A DNA stretch of 56,011 nucleotides from Octopus bimaculoides. Taxonomy: Eukaryota. This document shows, one piece after another, positions 24,326 through 36,458 of this stretch (positions are counted from its first letter, which is position 1; every line of letters begins with the position of its first letter). The DNA lies in NCBI RefSeq assembly GCF_001194135.2, contig NC_068981.1, forward strand, positions 45,577,537 to 45,633,547. Reading direction: 5' to 3'. The notes under the pieces were generated by a model. The model was given only the letters and a program-made list of their open reading frames with translations, was not told the DNA's origin and ran no database searches. Made by a program: the position numbers and the translations under genes.

Positions 24326-25531
24326 GTGTGTGCATATATAATTTCATGCATCAAGAAGACGCCAAATTTGGAATATCATTAAGGAAAAGGACAGGTTTAC
24401 CATGCAGACATAAGAGAACAGATGTGGATAAGTATTTCTGCCGTAATAGGAGTCATCAGCATGGCAGCTGTACACCGTTTTGCCCATTAGCAAACGGATA
24501 TAGGCGCATACAAAAAGTTTGAAACATATTTATTGCGTAGGTAATTTGCATAATCGTAAGAAATATATCCTACGAGAAATAAATCAACGTGACCAATGGC
24601 TTGTATTTGAAACACGTCGAAAACATAGAATACATCATAATTTCTTGATTCATTAAAATTATATCCCGCTTGCATGTGATGTATTATAATTACCGAACGG
24701 CAATTAAGACCAATTTTATTGGAGAAGAGAGATAATCTCAAGAATAAGACATTCTTCAAAGTTCCATTATCCTTAAGGAAAAGATACTTGTTATTTGGGA
24801 CAGAAAAAAAGACAAACGCGTACGCTAAACACGCATAAACGCACACATACAGAGAGACAATGGGAGAGAGAGTCTTAGTGATGCGTATATGTTTATGTGT
24901 GTATGTGTGTCTGTGTGTGTATACATTTTTGTATGAGTGTGTGAGCTTGCGTATGCGTGAATATTCATGGTGAGAATAGAAGACGCGATATAATTTTTTT
25001 GTGAGCAATCATTACAAATTATTATCTGAATGAGAAAGAGCAAAACTGTTCAATTTCAAATAGACATAAAAGAAATGTAACGAAGTCTGGTGGAAGTTTG
25101 AGTAAATGTGGCCGTATCGGTTGCACATTGTTCATTCAGTGGCTCTGGAGCTTTCAGAATATGAATTAGAATTCGATGTTTTTGTGGAGTATGCCCAACA
25201 TACTTGCACTTAAAACGTCAGCGTGTTTAATCAAAATATACTACTTATTATGAGGACAATACTACCTATGTATCTTTCAGACACACGCATACTCTCTCTC
25301 TCTCTCTCTCTCTCGCTGTATTTTTATCGAAAAACAACCTTTTCTCTAGCCCCCCACTTCCCTCCTTCTACATATGTTATGGCTGACAGACAGACAATGA
25401 TCAGTTGACTGTCATGATATATGATTATATTTATTACGGCTGAAGTACATTGAAAAGCACAAGATACACACACACACACACACATATATATAGATAGATA
25501 GATACATACATACACACATACATAGACAAAT

Positions 25532-25570
<39 letters not shown>

Positions 25571-25634
25571 TCTTTTTATTATAGCCACACAGGGCTAAAT
25601 ACAGAAAATGGACAAATTACAAAGTAGTGCTTTT

Positions 25635-26110
25635 NNNNNNNNNNNNNNNNNNNNNNNNNNNNNNNNNNNNNNNNNNNNNNNNNNNNNNNNNNNNNNNNNN
25701 NNNNNNNNNNNNNNNNNNNNNNNNNNNNNNNNNNNNNNNNNNNNNNNNNNNNNNNNNNNNNNNNNNNNNNNNNNNNNNNNNNNNNNNNNNNNNNNNNNNN
25801 NNNNNNNNNNNNNNNNNNNNNNNNNNNNNNNNNNNNNNNNNNNNNNNNNNNNNNNNNNNNNNNNNNNNNNNNNNNNNNNNNNNNNNNNNNNNNNNNNNNN
25901 NNNNNNNNNNNNNNNNNNNNNNNNNNNNNNNNNNNNNNNNNNNNNNNNNNNNNNNNNNNNNNNNNNNNNNNNNNNNNNNNNNNNNNNNNNNNNNNNNNNN
26001 NNNNNNNNNNNNNNNNNNNNNNNNNNNNNNNNNNNNNNNNNNNNNNNNNNNNNNNNNNNNNNNNNNNNNNNNNNNNNNNNNNNNNNNNNNNNNNNNNNNN
26101 NNNNNNNNNN
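25635..26110. other. Assembly gap (N run)
   Basis: N bases. Confidence 1.
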
Positions 26111-26525
26111 ATATAGCAATATAGCCCGGCGCTGCCCGGGATTAAGCTACGATTATTAAGTGATCAAGTGCTTTATTTCAAACCAAAATAAGTAACATCG
26201 ACATCAGATTTGACCGAAATCCGTTGAAGTTGGTTTGGCTGAAAATAGTTTGACGGCAATTTGATTGAGAAATCCCATAAGGAATCAGTTTATTGGTTAT
26301 TTCCACTCATTGACTGTTTTTTTTTTTAAATGTTGCATTAGAGATCTGCATAGGAGAAGGTTGATCTGAAGGTTTGCATTCGGGATGTGGATTGGATTAA
26401 CTTAGTAAAATTTACCAACAGCCTTAACCAAAAAAATAAGGGGTCTGTCCCTTCTAGGTTAACTCTAACCCTAACCATAAACCCTAACCCTAACCATGAC
26501 CCTATACATATATACATACATATAC
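26111..26525 (+). mobile_element. Possible non-autonomous Helitron/Helentron-like element containing (TAACCC)-type repeats
   Basis: Starts tagcaatatagcccggcgctgcccggg, like the ctagc...cccggcg.tgcccggg ends recalled from invertebrate Helitron-type repeats. It ends in ctaaccctaaccataaccctaaccctaacc and (ATAC)n. Confidence 0.35.
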
Positions 26526-26529
26526 ATCG

Positions 26530-26700
26530 TCGTTATCGTCGTCGCACTCCGTCGGTTACGATGACGTGGGTTCCAGCTGATCCGATCAACAGAACAGCCT
26601 GCTCGTGAAATTTACCTGCAAGTGGATGAGCACTCTAGACACGTGTACCCTTAACGTTGTTCTCCGGAAGATTCACGACATCACTGCCAACATGAATCTG
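26530..26700 (-). mobile_element. SINE family B, 3' part
   Basis: Its reverse complement aligns with 4070-4205 and 37780-37900. Confidence 0.75.
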
Positions 26701-26914
26701 TACTCACCCAATTCCTCCACATAGCCCACTAATCAATCTCAGCTAATTTTAAAATGTGTATAATTTTATTCTAGTATATATTTTATAAATTTCAAAACAA
26801 ACCAGAAGACTGTAAATTACGGAGGAGAGTGAGAATATAGGCCTGTTTATAATAACTATAATTATATATTGTATATACTAATAATAAGCGTTCCATTTAT
26901 AGTATATAGTATAT

Positions 26915-26985
26915 NNNNNNNNNNNNNNNNNNNNNNNNNNNNNNNNNNNNNNNNNNNNNNNNNNNNNNNNNNNNNNNNNNNNNNN
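26915..26985. other. Assembly gap (N run)
   Basis: N bases. Confidence 1.
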
Positions 26986-27020
<35 letters not shown>

Positions 27021-28364
27021 TGTGTGTGTGTGCATGAGTGTGTTGTGTATGTATATATGCACGCATGTATGTAAGCAATTATATAGATGTACACACAAAT
27101 ATATAATACTCTGTCGGACTACCTATCTCTCTCTGTCTCTTTGAATTTCCACTGTGACTGGGGTCCTGTTTACACATTCTGATGATAGATTTGGGAAAAT
27201 ATTTATATGTTCTAATCAGATTTACATTAGATTTGTTATTTCGCCAGGCTTCTAAAAATATATTTTCAATGAATTGCACAAGAAATACATTGGAGTGAGC
27301 ATCCTTGCACGTATTAAAGGATCGCTTTTCCTTCCAATTCCTAGTTTCTTTCAATCTTTTCTTTCAAATACACAGTATTACTTGTAATGAACTGACAGAT
27401 CAGATATTTAAAAGAACCCGAAGAAAAGTATTTCTATAATGAAATATACTTAGATAAACTTTTGAAGAATTATTTTCCATGAGATTTATAAGAATTGTTA
27501 TGCCTGTTAAATAGCATTATTTCTTTCAACTGAAATATTTTATTCACAAACGATAGTGATCGGAATGAAATATGGCAGTAAACATTATCATATAAAGTCC
27601 AGCATATTTTTCTGGCTTCATATGATAATATTTTAGTGATATGAGCGTCATAAGGATTCGTATATTCAGAGATTGGAAGCGAAATATTAATTTCAGTTTT
27701 GGAGATATCCATGCCGGGTAAGGAATTTAAAATATATATGATCAAGTAATATGTTCGTTGTGTGGTTCTTTATTTTAGAACTCAGTTTAATTTTTGTATC
27801 TTTAAACTTGCTTCTATGTTTCAAATCGTTAACAATAGTTATATCGTGTGTATTATCTCAAAACTTAGGAGAATATTTCTATTCAGAATCTCACAAAACG
27901 CCAAGTTTTTGCAAGGATAGCATTGAAATGCGTATAGACTTACCTGCATTATACACTCTTTACCAGATAAAATAAATCTGTTTCGAATGGTTTTATTTCA
28001 TTAACAGATGAGGAAATTATTCTCTGAATTGAAATTAAAATTGGAAATCTGTCTTTGTTGGTGGTGTCAAGACAAAATAAAAAATATCATCTCATTCTTA
28101 GCAAAAGTCCTACTAATTCAAGATTTTAAGCAATACATTATGTCTTGATGAAAAAGAGTGTTAGCAAACGTATTAGTGGATACTGTTTCATGTATAAATG
28201 TTATGTAAAGTTATGCACATGACTGCAGGGGAGAATAATTGGGTTCCTTTGCCACGTTGCCAAATATGTATTAGGCACCATGTAATTTTATAGCGTTCTG
28301 TGCTATTGAGCATTCATACGATCACTTTATAAAATGTATCTGTCTGTCCATTCTTCTTTGTGTG

Positions 28365-28367
28365 TGT

Positions 28368-28439
<72 letters not shown>

Positions 28440-28557
28440 CTATTAATCTACCTACCTACCTACCTACCTACCTACCTACTTACCTACCTATCTACCTACC
28501 TATCTGCCTACCTACATTTATATTTGCTTGACAGTCTGTCCATCGGTAATTACATAC

Positions 28558-28602
<45 letters not shown>

Positions 28603-28612
28603 TGTGTGTGTG
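28365..28612 (+). repeat. Compound (TG)/(TC)/(TCTA)/(CCTA)/(TG) microsatellite
   Basis: Directly visible. Confidence 0.97.
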
Positions 28613-28720
28613 CTATTGTGCAAATACATAATTAAATGGATAACTGCGTCGAGCTGTATTGCCTTGTATCTACGTAACATAAATCTGTTTTAATGACATT
28701 ATTTTTTAAATTGTTTTCAG

Positions 28721-28767
28721 GTTTGAGGATCATTACCATAAATAATCGCCTTCCTATTTATGCATTG
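28721..28767 (+). other. Candidate small (probably non-coding) exon 1
   Basis: Acceptor ttttttaaattgttttcag| and donor TTG|gtaagt; 47 nt. No transcript evidence. Confidence 0.35.
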
Positions 28768-30109
28768 GTAAGTAAATTACTCAGAGATTTTATTTTTGTT
28801 TTCAATTTCTATATTTGCGATTGATTTTAATTTCAAATTCACAGATATATTGAAAGGATAAATCTATGTTTGCCAGGGAACACAGTGTTGTAGTATTAAT
28901 CATCAGAAAATGCTTAACTTATTAATATTGACTGTTACCTGGCACATAATTTTTAAAGCTTATTTTATTGTGTGTGCATTAGTCGATATACGTGGCGACA
29001 AAATCCCGTGTCAGACCTAACATTTAATGAGTAACATTCCTTTACAAATTTAATACGTCTAGTATTAAATTGTATAGAATATCCAAGGGGAATTTACGTA
29101 ACATCGTTGGTCTTGACGAAAATTTCCGTTGTTAAACCAACCACTTTCACCTACTACAAAGATACATTAGTTTGTATTGAAGATTGTCTGTCAGTTGCTG
29201 TATCAAATCAATTAGGAAATATCGCAAATTTTTGACCAATACATAGTATATATCAAAGTCCAAAAAACAAAGAAAAAATTCATATTTTCAGTGGATCATA
29301 ATTATGATGGAACATAATTATGAAGTTAAAGACAGTTATCTCCCAACAGAAGGAAGGGCTAACGAAGGCTAATGAGAATATAGTGATGGAACGTCTCTCT
29401 TATCACTAACGTAGCAGTAAATGACAGCTTAGTGAGCAACTGATACGTTTGTATAGACACACAGACACATATATTCATGTGTATATATACGCATATACAT
29501 TTATATGAGCGCATGTTATACATACATGTACACACGTAAATACACAGTGGTAGATATGAGTATAAATACGTATATCATAATGAGAAAATTGTAAGCAAGT
29601 AATGAAATATATGCTTAGATATTTCTGCAAAATACTGTGGAGATATGTCTATCGAAATATCTTTTTGCAAACTGTCATTGCATTCGTTCATGTTTTTGTA
29701 TAAGCTTTGCTGCTTTTCTCCCCCCCCCCCATCATGTCACTCATACCGAATTAAAGAAAAATATCTACTGTGCATTTTAGTATGTATCGTGACTGCATAC
29801 TTAAATTGATGTCCTTTTGACTGGCTGGTTATACGTCTAACTCCGTCGGAAATAAAACTCAGGAGTTAAAGGAATCTAAGAAGAATGATATAAAGTTTTA
29901 TTACATCTTGTAATGTGAAAGAAACAGAGAATTGCAAATGAATGTATGATAAATATTGTATAAACTGCATGAACTGCATCTAGCTATCTTTGTGTAGCAG
30001 GTGCTAATTTATCGAAGGCAGAAAGTGTTTTATAATATTAACATGTTTGTGTGATATATTATAAAGCAGGCTTATGAGTTTGCATTTCCCACTCAACGGT
30101 ATAGACATG

Positions 30110-30600
30110 CTTTGAATACAGCGTTCTGTCCTTTCACGTAACACAGCATCATGCCAAATATGACGGCAGTATTCCGCTATGTCATCACTTGATGGCTGAT
30201 TCAGCAAATGTTCATCATAGTTATACTTTTTTATCTTGAAGTAAATAGGTTGTCTTTGGTCATGTTTCTTATGAAACGGGTGATTAGGAGAAAACATTAT
30301 TTGGGGATGTGATGCGCAGTATTTATGAAAACTGTGGTGGCTTTTATTGTTGTTTAAAATAAGTCAGGGAGGAGAATATTTATCTCATACTGAAGAAGAC
30401 AAGATATTTTACGCTTCATAAGATGTTGCTGATAAGAAAAACGGCTTGTACTGTCATGAATATACGCGTGAGTTATTTTTATGTCGAGCAAATTGGCTTG
30501 GCCACATGAGAAAAAAAAAAATTTGAACGTTACTTCCTGTGAATAAAGGTATGGCATTTACAAATGAAGAAATACCCACTTCCAATTCGGAATGGACGTG
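30110..30600 (+). mobile_element. RTE-clade LINE RT C-terminal remnant, heavily decayed
   Basis: IQRSVLSRN, IIWGCDAQ and CRANWLGHMR occur in the order and rough spacing of RTE motifs YLGSVLS, LLYGCETW and RLRWLGHV.R. Confidence 0.45.
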
Positions 30601-32009
30601 GCATACATTACACGATGGGCATTAAAAATAATTGTGAAATTCTCAGGGTGATCTATTTCATTCAACTTACCTAGCCTCTCCGGTGGTATGCTGATATTTG
30701 TAGAAAGTTTGGTTTAACATATTTATATTTACAACAGATATTGAATGAGACATTAAATGTCAAAAGGGCTTCAATTTCCAATTGCAATTAGGTATCATAT
30801 TTGTTTTACACTCTCTTCCAGGGAAGTTTTGTGTAACCTGTATGTCTTTCAATATATTCTCTTTTAAATCGAGATATATTAACAGGAATGTATGATAGAT
30901 AATTCTATTCCTATATTAGATACATTTTGAATGTATCAGTCGACATTCTCAAAACATTTTGAGGGTACCTAGTCTTGAAATTGATAAAATGTATACTTCA
31001 CTTACTTTCCCACGTATATAAAGTTAAAACTATATACTTTTGGGAAATGTTGTACACAATATTATGTTCAATATCAATGAATATTATATACGATAGTCAT
31101 TATAATTTTTAAGTATCTGAAAATCGTTCAACAAATTGTACAAATCAATATACATAACAAAATCAATGGGGTATGTGTCAATATATAATTGAAATTTTCT
31201 TTACATGATGGTTTATAAAAATGTTATCAAAGTACACTAAAGAGCATAGCATATCAGATAGATTATATCTAAACTATAAAATTGTTTTTTTCTTTTCATT
31301 AAGCACAACAGCCAAAGAGGCAATATTTACCAGTAATATATTAGAGTAGATTTCAGCCACGATATCTGTCTGATTTTCCAATTCCCTTTAGTTACATAGG
31401 AAATAATTTTTGCTTGCATACGTTACAATGTCAATAGTTAATTTGGGAAAGATCAATAGGTGAATAAAATTCATTTGATTCTGTTGTTGATGAAAGTCGT
31501 TAAATTATATCGTTTTATCTCCAAACATTAGAATAATGGAAAAATTAGATACATCAAAACAATTATAGCCTTAGAATCTTCACTATTTTGAGAACATTAA
31601 AATTTATATTGCACATATGTATTAGATAGAACTTAGATATCAATAGAATGTGCTCATATATCATGCAACTGTCGACAAAGTCATCTACGTGATACTCATC
31701 TACCATCATAAAGCAAATTTCAGTGTTGACCAATAAACGCATTCGTACAGGAATTATACAGATTATAAACTTATTTACGTGTTAAACTGTTAATTGTATA
31801 TTTCGGGTTTTCTGCATGGCAAGTATTAGTCATATATTGTATTTGCATATGCATATGTGTCAGTGATTGATTGTGTTTATACACTGGTTGTTTAGGCTAC
31901 ATTTAACAGCGTCCATAAAAGGAAAACGAAACACAGTATCCAATCCGACAATAAAAGTATGTTAAATGATAAAAACACCTCAACTGGTTTATGGCTGGGA
32001 AATAACAAT

Positions 32010-32570
32010 TTACTTGTAATACTCACAGCTTTAACCAGGGCCTCAAAACGAGTCCAGAACCTAGCGCATGCTTTCCTCCTTATGTGTCAGGGAAGGTTTT
32101 TAAACATTTCCTTGAATTTAGACTCGCAACTGGCCTTCGTATTGCAGACAGGACAGTTTTTGTCTTCGCAGCCGCGCTCCACTCATAGTACTCTGTGGGT
32201 TTACATTGGTGGGGACTAGGAGGCTAATGAAGCCCTAGGAAGTCTCCGACAATAACTTATCACTCTTTCTGGAGATAGAGCAAGTCGCTGATGCTAAACG
32301 TATGGAATTCCAGAAGCAACTCTGAACAGCCTAGCTTTGACCATAGTCTCCAGCAGCTTCTCAAAGCTGCCTGAATAGTGTTTAAAACCCTGTTCGTAGA
32401 TGCAGGGTGGAATGAAGTCACACACACTAGAGAAACACATAAAGACCATCACATTTTCGGGAAGTTAGTTTTCATGATGACCATATCACGTAATGCAACA
32501 TTTACTGTGTTCAATGAGCATTGAGTAGGAATATTGATGTCGGAAATTTGATGCCTGGTGTAAATACTCA
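32010..32570 (-). mobile_element. Tc1/mariner superfamily (maT/DD37D-like) transposase C-terminal remnant
   Basis: Frameshifted minus translation VIMKTNFP-NVMVFMCFSSVCDFIPPCIYEQG...LLETMVKARLFRVASGIPYV*HQ...SRKSDKLLSE...*PPSPHQCKPTEYYEW...CNTKASCESKFKEMFKNLP*HIRRKACARFWTRFEALVKA closely follows the maT pattern (VMKTKFP, PY.WQQD, WPP.SPD.NP.DY.VW). Confidence 0.9.
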
Positions 32571-33249
32571 TGATTCTGATGATATTTGTCCACTATTCAG
32601 ATGATTTCCGACCCTTCTTCCTCGCTAACCTTTTCTCATAAACGACATCAGCTTTTATACTCTCCAATACCATTCACTTTTTACCCATATATTTCGGTAT
32701 GCCTGGAAAAAACAAGACATAAAAACATCAAATTTCGCCCAAATATCTTGTATGCATATTTTACACAATCATATATATGCATATTTATTTACTTCTATTA
32801 TATACACGCACGCACATATATTTAAATATATATGTATGTCTGTGTTCGTGTGTGTGTATTTTTGTGTGTGAGTGAGTGTGCGTGTGTGTGTCTTTGTGTG
32901 CGTAATTGATAAATCAATAGTTAATTAGCAGGGGTGCATATACCAACAACAAAATAACGATTAGCATTTTCGTGTTCAAATATGCCGGAGTATATGAAAA
33001 ATAATTATGCAAGTCATCATTACAGGTCTCGCAGTTCACAGTGCAAATAACGTTTTATCTCTTTCTCCCCTCCCCTCCCTTTCTCACCCTCTCACCTCTC
33101 TTTCTCCCCTCCCCCTCCTTCTCTCCCCATCTCTCTCTCTCTCTCACTCTCTCTCTCTCTTTCTCTCTCTGTTTCACATACACACTCACACAAACACGAT
33201 CCCTCGTATTTCAGGTTCGTTACTGATTTCAATTATAGGAATCTATATG

Positions 33250-33350
33250 CCACCTAACTGGCAGAACTAAAAGATGGTCGGAAAAAATTCTTAGTATTAG
33301 TTCAACCTGCTCTTTCGCATCGGAGTTTAAATTCCACCGAGGTCGATAGT
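33250..33350 (+). mobile_element. SINE family C, head fragment
   Basis: ctggcagaac...gagtttaaattccaccgaggtcga corresponds to the reverse complement of part of 54050-54235. Confidence 0.55.
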
Positions 33351-34922
33351 TGACAAGACACATACATAATATTTATATATACCTATGTAAGTATATACAC
33401 ATGATTATGTATTACTTCTCGTTGTTCTCGCTGGATTAAATATCAGAACTTAATCATAGTCCCACAGAAGCATTGTGCTTTTCCAGCAGATCGATTGTCG
33501 TTTCATTCGATATTTGTTGTGAGACAAAACAATACAAAGTAAATTGTGTACTGTGCATTGTAAAATAGAGCATTGTTTAATTAATTTCTTCACGTTATCT
33601 GCATACTGCACACGAAGATTACAATGCATTTCATATTACCCATGTTTCTCGTACTCCATTTGGTGCAGAAAAGTGGGGATCTGAATGTTTAGCTCATTTT
33701 AGTTATTTGACTCGAGTAATAGACGTTCATAACGTGTGTGAAAAGAAATATGACTACGTTATAAACAGTGCTAGTATATTTCTTTAAAAATTCTGATGTG
33801 GTGCATTTGTAAATATAAACATTTTTCACTTTGATTTCTGAACGTTAATATTCTGAAATTTTGCAGTGCAAAAACATTAAAATATCAATTATTTGTAAAT
33901 ATGTTTGCTATATTTGTATTTTTAAGACAAATATATCTGTTTAGCAGTCTCCATTAATCTAATAAATTATATTCGGTGCAGGCTTGCGAATGCGAGTGTA
34001 TGAGACAAGAAAATTCCCCGCGAGACATTGCATAGCATAAAATATCAAAAATCATAAGTTAAAGAAGCACTTTATGCCGTAACCTAATTCCATGCGTGGC
34101 AAGAGATAACAGGGAAATTAAAAACAGCACAAGAGAAAAAAATCAACAAAAATAAATAGTTATATTTATTGAGTTCAATTTGGCTGATCTATTCTCGACA
34201 AAGCAAATTACCTTTATATTGACTTTAATTTTCTTCTTTAAATAACATAACAAAGGCAGTCTGCAAACCGAAAGAAATTTATTGATTTTTATCAATTTAG
34301 TTTGCAATATGTATTGATGCATATGAATGTTTGCTTTCTAAGAAACAAATTTAAAGAGTCGTATTATTATCGTTACGAAAACATTAAAAAAAAACACAAA
34401 TAATTTCAAAGCATTTCTACTTCTTTAAAGAAGCACGAATCACGCAACAGTAAGAGGCTTTTCAATCGAGTTAAAAAGTTTCTTTGTATGAAACCTATTT
34501 CAGTGACACAAACACGATGCTAAATATGTAAATACAAACTATGACAAACGTACATACTTAAAGATTCATGCACACACATTATAAATATTGAAAGGAAATC
34601 TATTTTCATACGCACACTGAGAAATGCAAACACGCAAAAGGCATTTTCCTACGTAAATGTACATATACACAAGTACATATACACATCACACATATATACA
34701 TACACAACAAAACACACATCATCAGGGTGCTTTCTTGTTTGTTTGCGTGTTTGTCTCTCCTTGCTAACCAACATTTTATGTACATATTCAGAATATAGTT
34801 GACATTTTATTAGGAATGGCATTGTCAGATAGCTGTGCAAAATGTATATTCCCATTTGTGAGTTCTACTATTTATTGGACCTGGAAAAATACTGAAACAG
34901 CCCAAATGTATGTTTATTTCAG

Positions 34923-34951
34923 ATTTCGTTTTTGTGGACTTCTCAGTTAAG
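34923..34951 (+). other. Candidate small exon 2
   Basis: Acceptor tatgtttatttcag| and donor AAG|gtaatt; 29 nt. Confidence 0.25.
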
Positions 34952-35544
34952 GTAATTCGTAAATATATATGATTCTTCAATTCAAAAGTGTGAAATGCGT
35001 ATTTATGTAAGACAGCAATTTTAGTGTCACGAACTCAGTTTGGTTACATGATGATCAATAAATATCAGCCACATTTCTCTCAAATCATGCCCAAGAACAA
35101 AAAAAAAAAATACAAATATGCGAAATAATACGTTGAATGAATGTTGTGGAATCTTTCACTGTAGGTCGACATTAAAAGCTGGTAAAAGAAACTAAAGAAA
35201 GCCAACCACAAAAGTAGATCATGTTAACAGCAGAGGGGCAACATTTCAAAATTGTTTTTTAGAGTATGATTCAATTTTTCGTCAGAGTTACTAGGCAATG
35301 AAAAGTGAGAGAAAATATATATCATGATAAAGTATTGACGAGTGTGTTTATAATTGCACAAGATGCTTAAAATATCTATCAACATATTAAAATATATGTC
35401 AATATATATTTAAAGAGCTAACACACTTCACTATAGTTAAGTTTTTTATAAACCGTAGAAATATATCCTGAAATGTCTTAACTGACACTGATTATGATAT
35501 ACACATGCTGTGACTTATTGTGTGAAAATGAAAATACACACTTT

Positions 35545-35760
35545 GTTCGATTCCAATTTGTCAGTAGAAGGCAGGAGACTCGTCATGCCATCGCTGATGG
35601 TATTGGAAGAACAACTTTGTGAATGGAAGCTGATTATTCCTATAATAAAGGATGAACATTTGAAGTGGAATAAATTCAACTTAGTGAAGCTACAATTCCT
35701 GGAGTTTAGAAGAAACTAATTTGTAGCAGTGACAGTGTAAAAATGACTTGGATTCTCCAT
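35545..35760 (+). mobile_element. pogo/Tigger CENP-B-type HTH remnant
   Basis: GRRLVMPSLMVLEEQLCEWKLIIPIIKDEHLKW resembles R.R......LEE.L..W......PI....L..KA. Confidence 0.35.
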
Positions 35761-35931
35761 TCAACGACATAGTTAGTTGTTTCGGCATAAACAATTTCTC
35801 AGAATATCATAACACGCTTCTAGATTCTCTGCTGGCTACAGAAATGCTCTATTACACTCTATCTCTCCCTCTCTCTCACTAAGATATTCCATCATTTGAG
35901 AAATACTTTTCTTCTCTTTCTTTACGTCCAG

Positions 35932-36000
35932 GTGTATTTAATTGAAAGCAGAAACAATAACACTTCTTTCTGTAGTCTAGATTTCCCGCCCATATCTATT
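35932..36000 (+). other. Candidate small exon 3
   Basis: Strong acceptor tttcttctctttctttacgtccag| and donor ATT|gtatgt; 69 nt. Confidence 0.4.
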
Positions 36001-36260
36001 GTATGTCAGATTAATTGTGTTTCATGGTATCCCCTTATAATTCCTTAATACAGCTTGCATTTGTTGTACCTGAGATTAATTGTGCTCCCCGAAATCCCCA
36101 TTTAATTCCTGAATACAGCATCGCTGAATGCAAATGTTTCACATATTTCAGATTTCAGGCTTCTTAAAATGTGTAGTTTTGTGTGATTCGATTTTTGAAA
36201 ACCAACTATTGATTTGGAGAAAAGTGGATGTGATTCTTAAAGTATAAAGCAGTGTTTGAT

Positions 36261-36458
36261 ATGAAGCTGCCAGGTAAAATATTTATGCTTTTCGCAATTC
36301 TGCTGAATATTTTGACATATGCAAGTATCAATGGGAAGGATTGCAGTGTTCCCACAAAACAGATAATTGATTCGGTCGTTATACACAAACTTTCTCTGTG
36401 TACATTTGCATATGAAGCAATTTTGATTATATCGGGAATAAAAGTAATTGAAACTTGA
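36261..36458 (+). CDS. Candidate small secreted or membrane peptide (65 aa plus stop), or first coding exon if spliced at 36273/36274
   Basis: MKLPGKIFMLFAILLNILTYASING-KDCSVPTKQIIDSVVIHKLSLCTFAYEAILIISGIKVIET*: basic N-terminus, hydrophobic core, small residues. An acceptor lies upstream (tatttcag at 36151 or 36158) and AATAAA just downstream (about 36467-36477). No homology recognised. Confidence 0.3.
   Translation: MKLPGKIFMLFAILLNILTYASINGKDCSVPTKQIIDSVVIHKLSLCTFAYEAILIISGIKVIET

Noticed and set aside
25100-25230. Minus KCKYVGHT resembling GIY-YIG
   Set aside because: No upstream partner motif or downstream R...H spacing; too weak.
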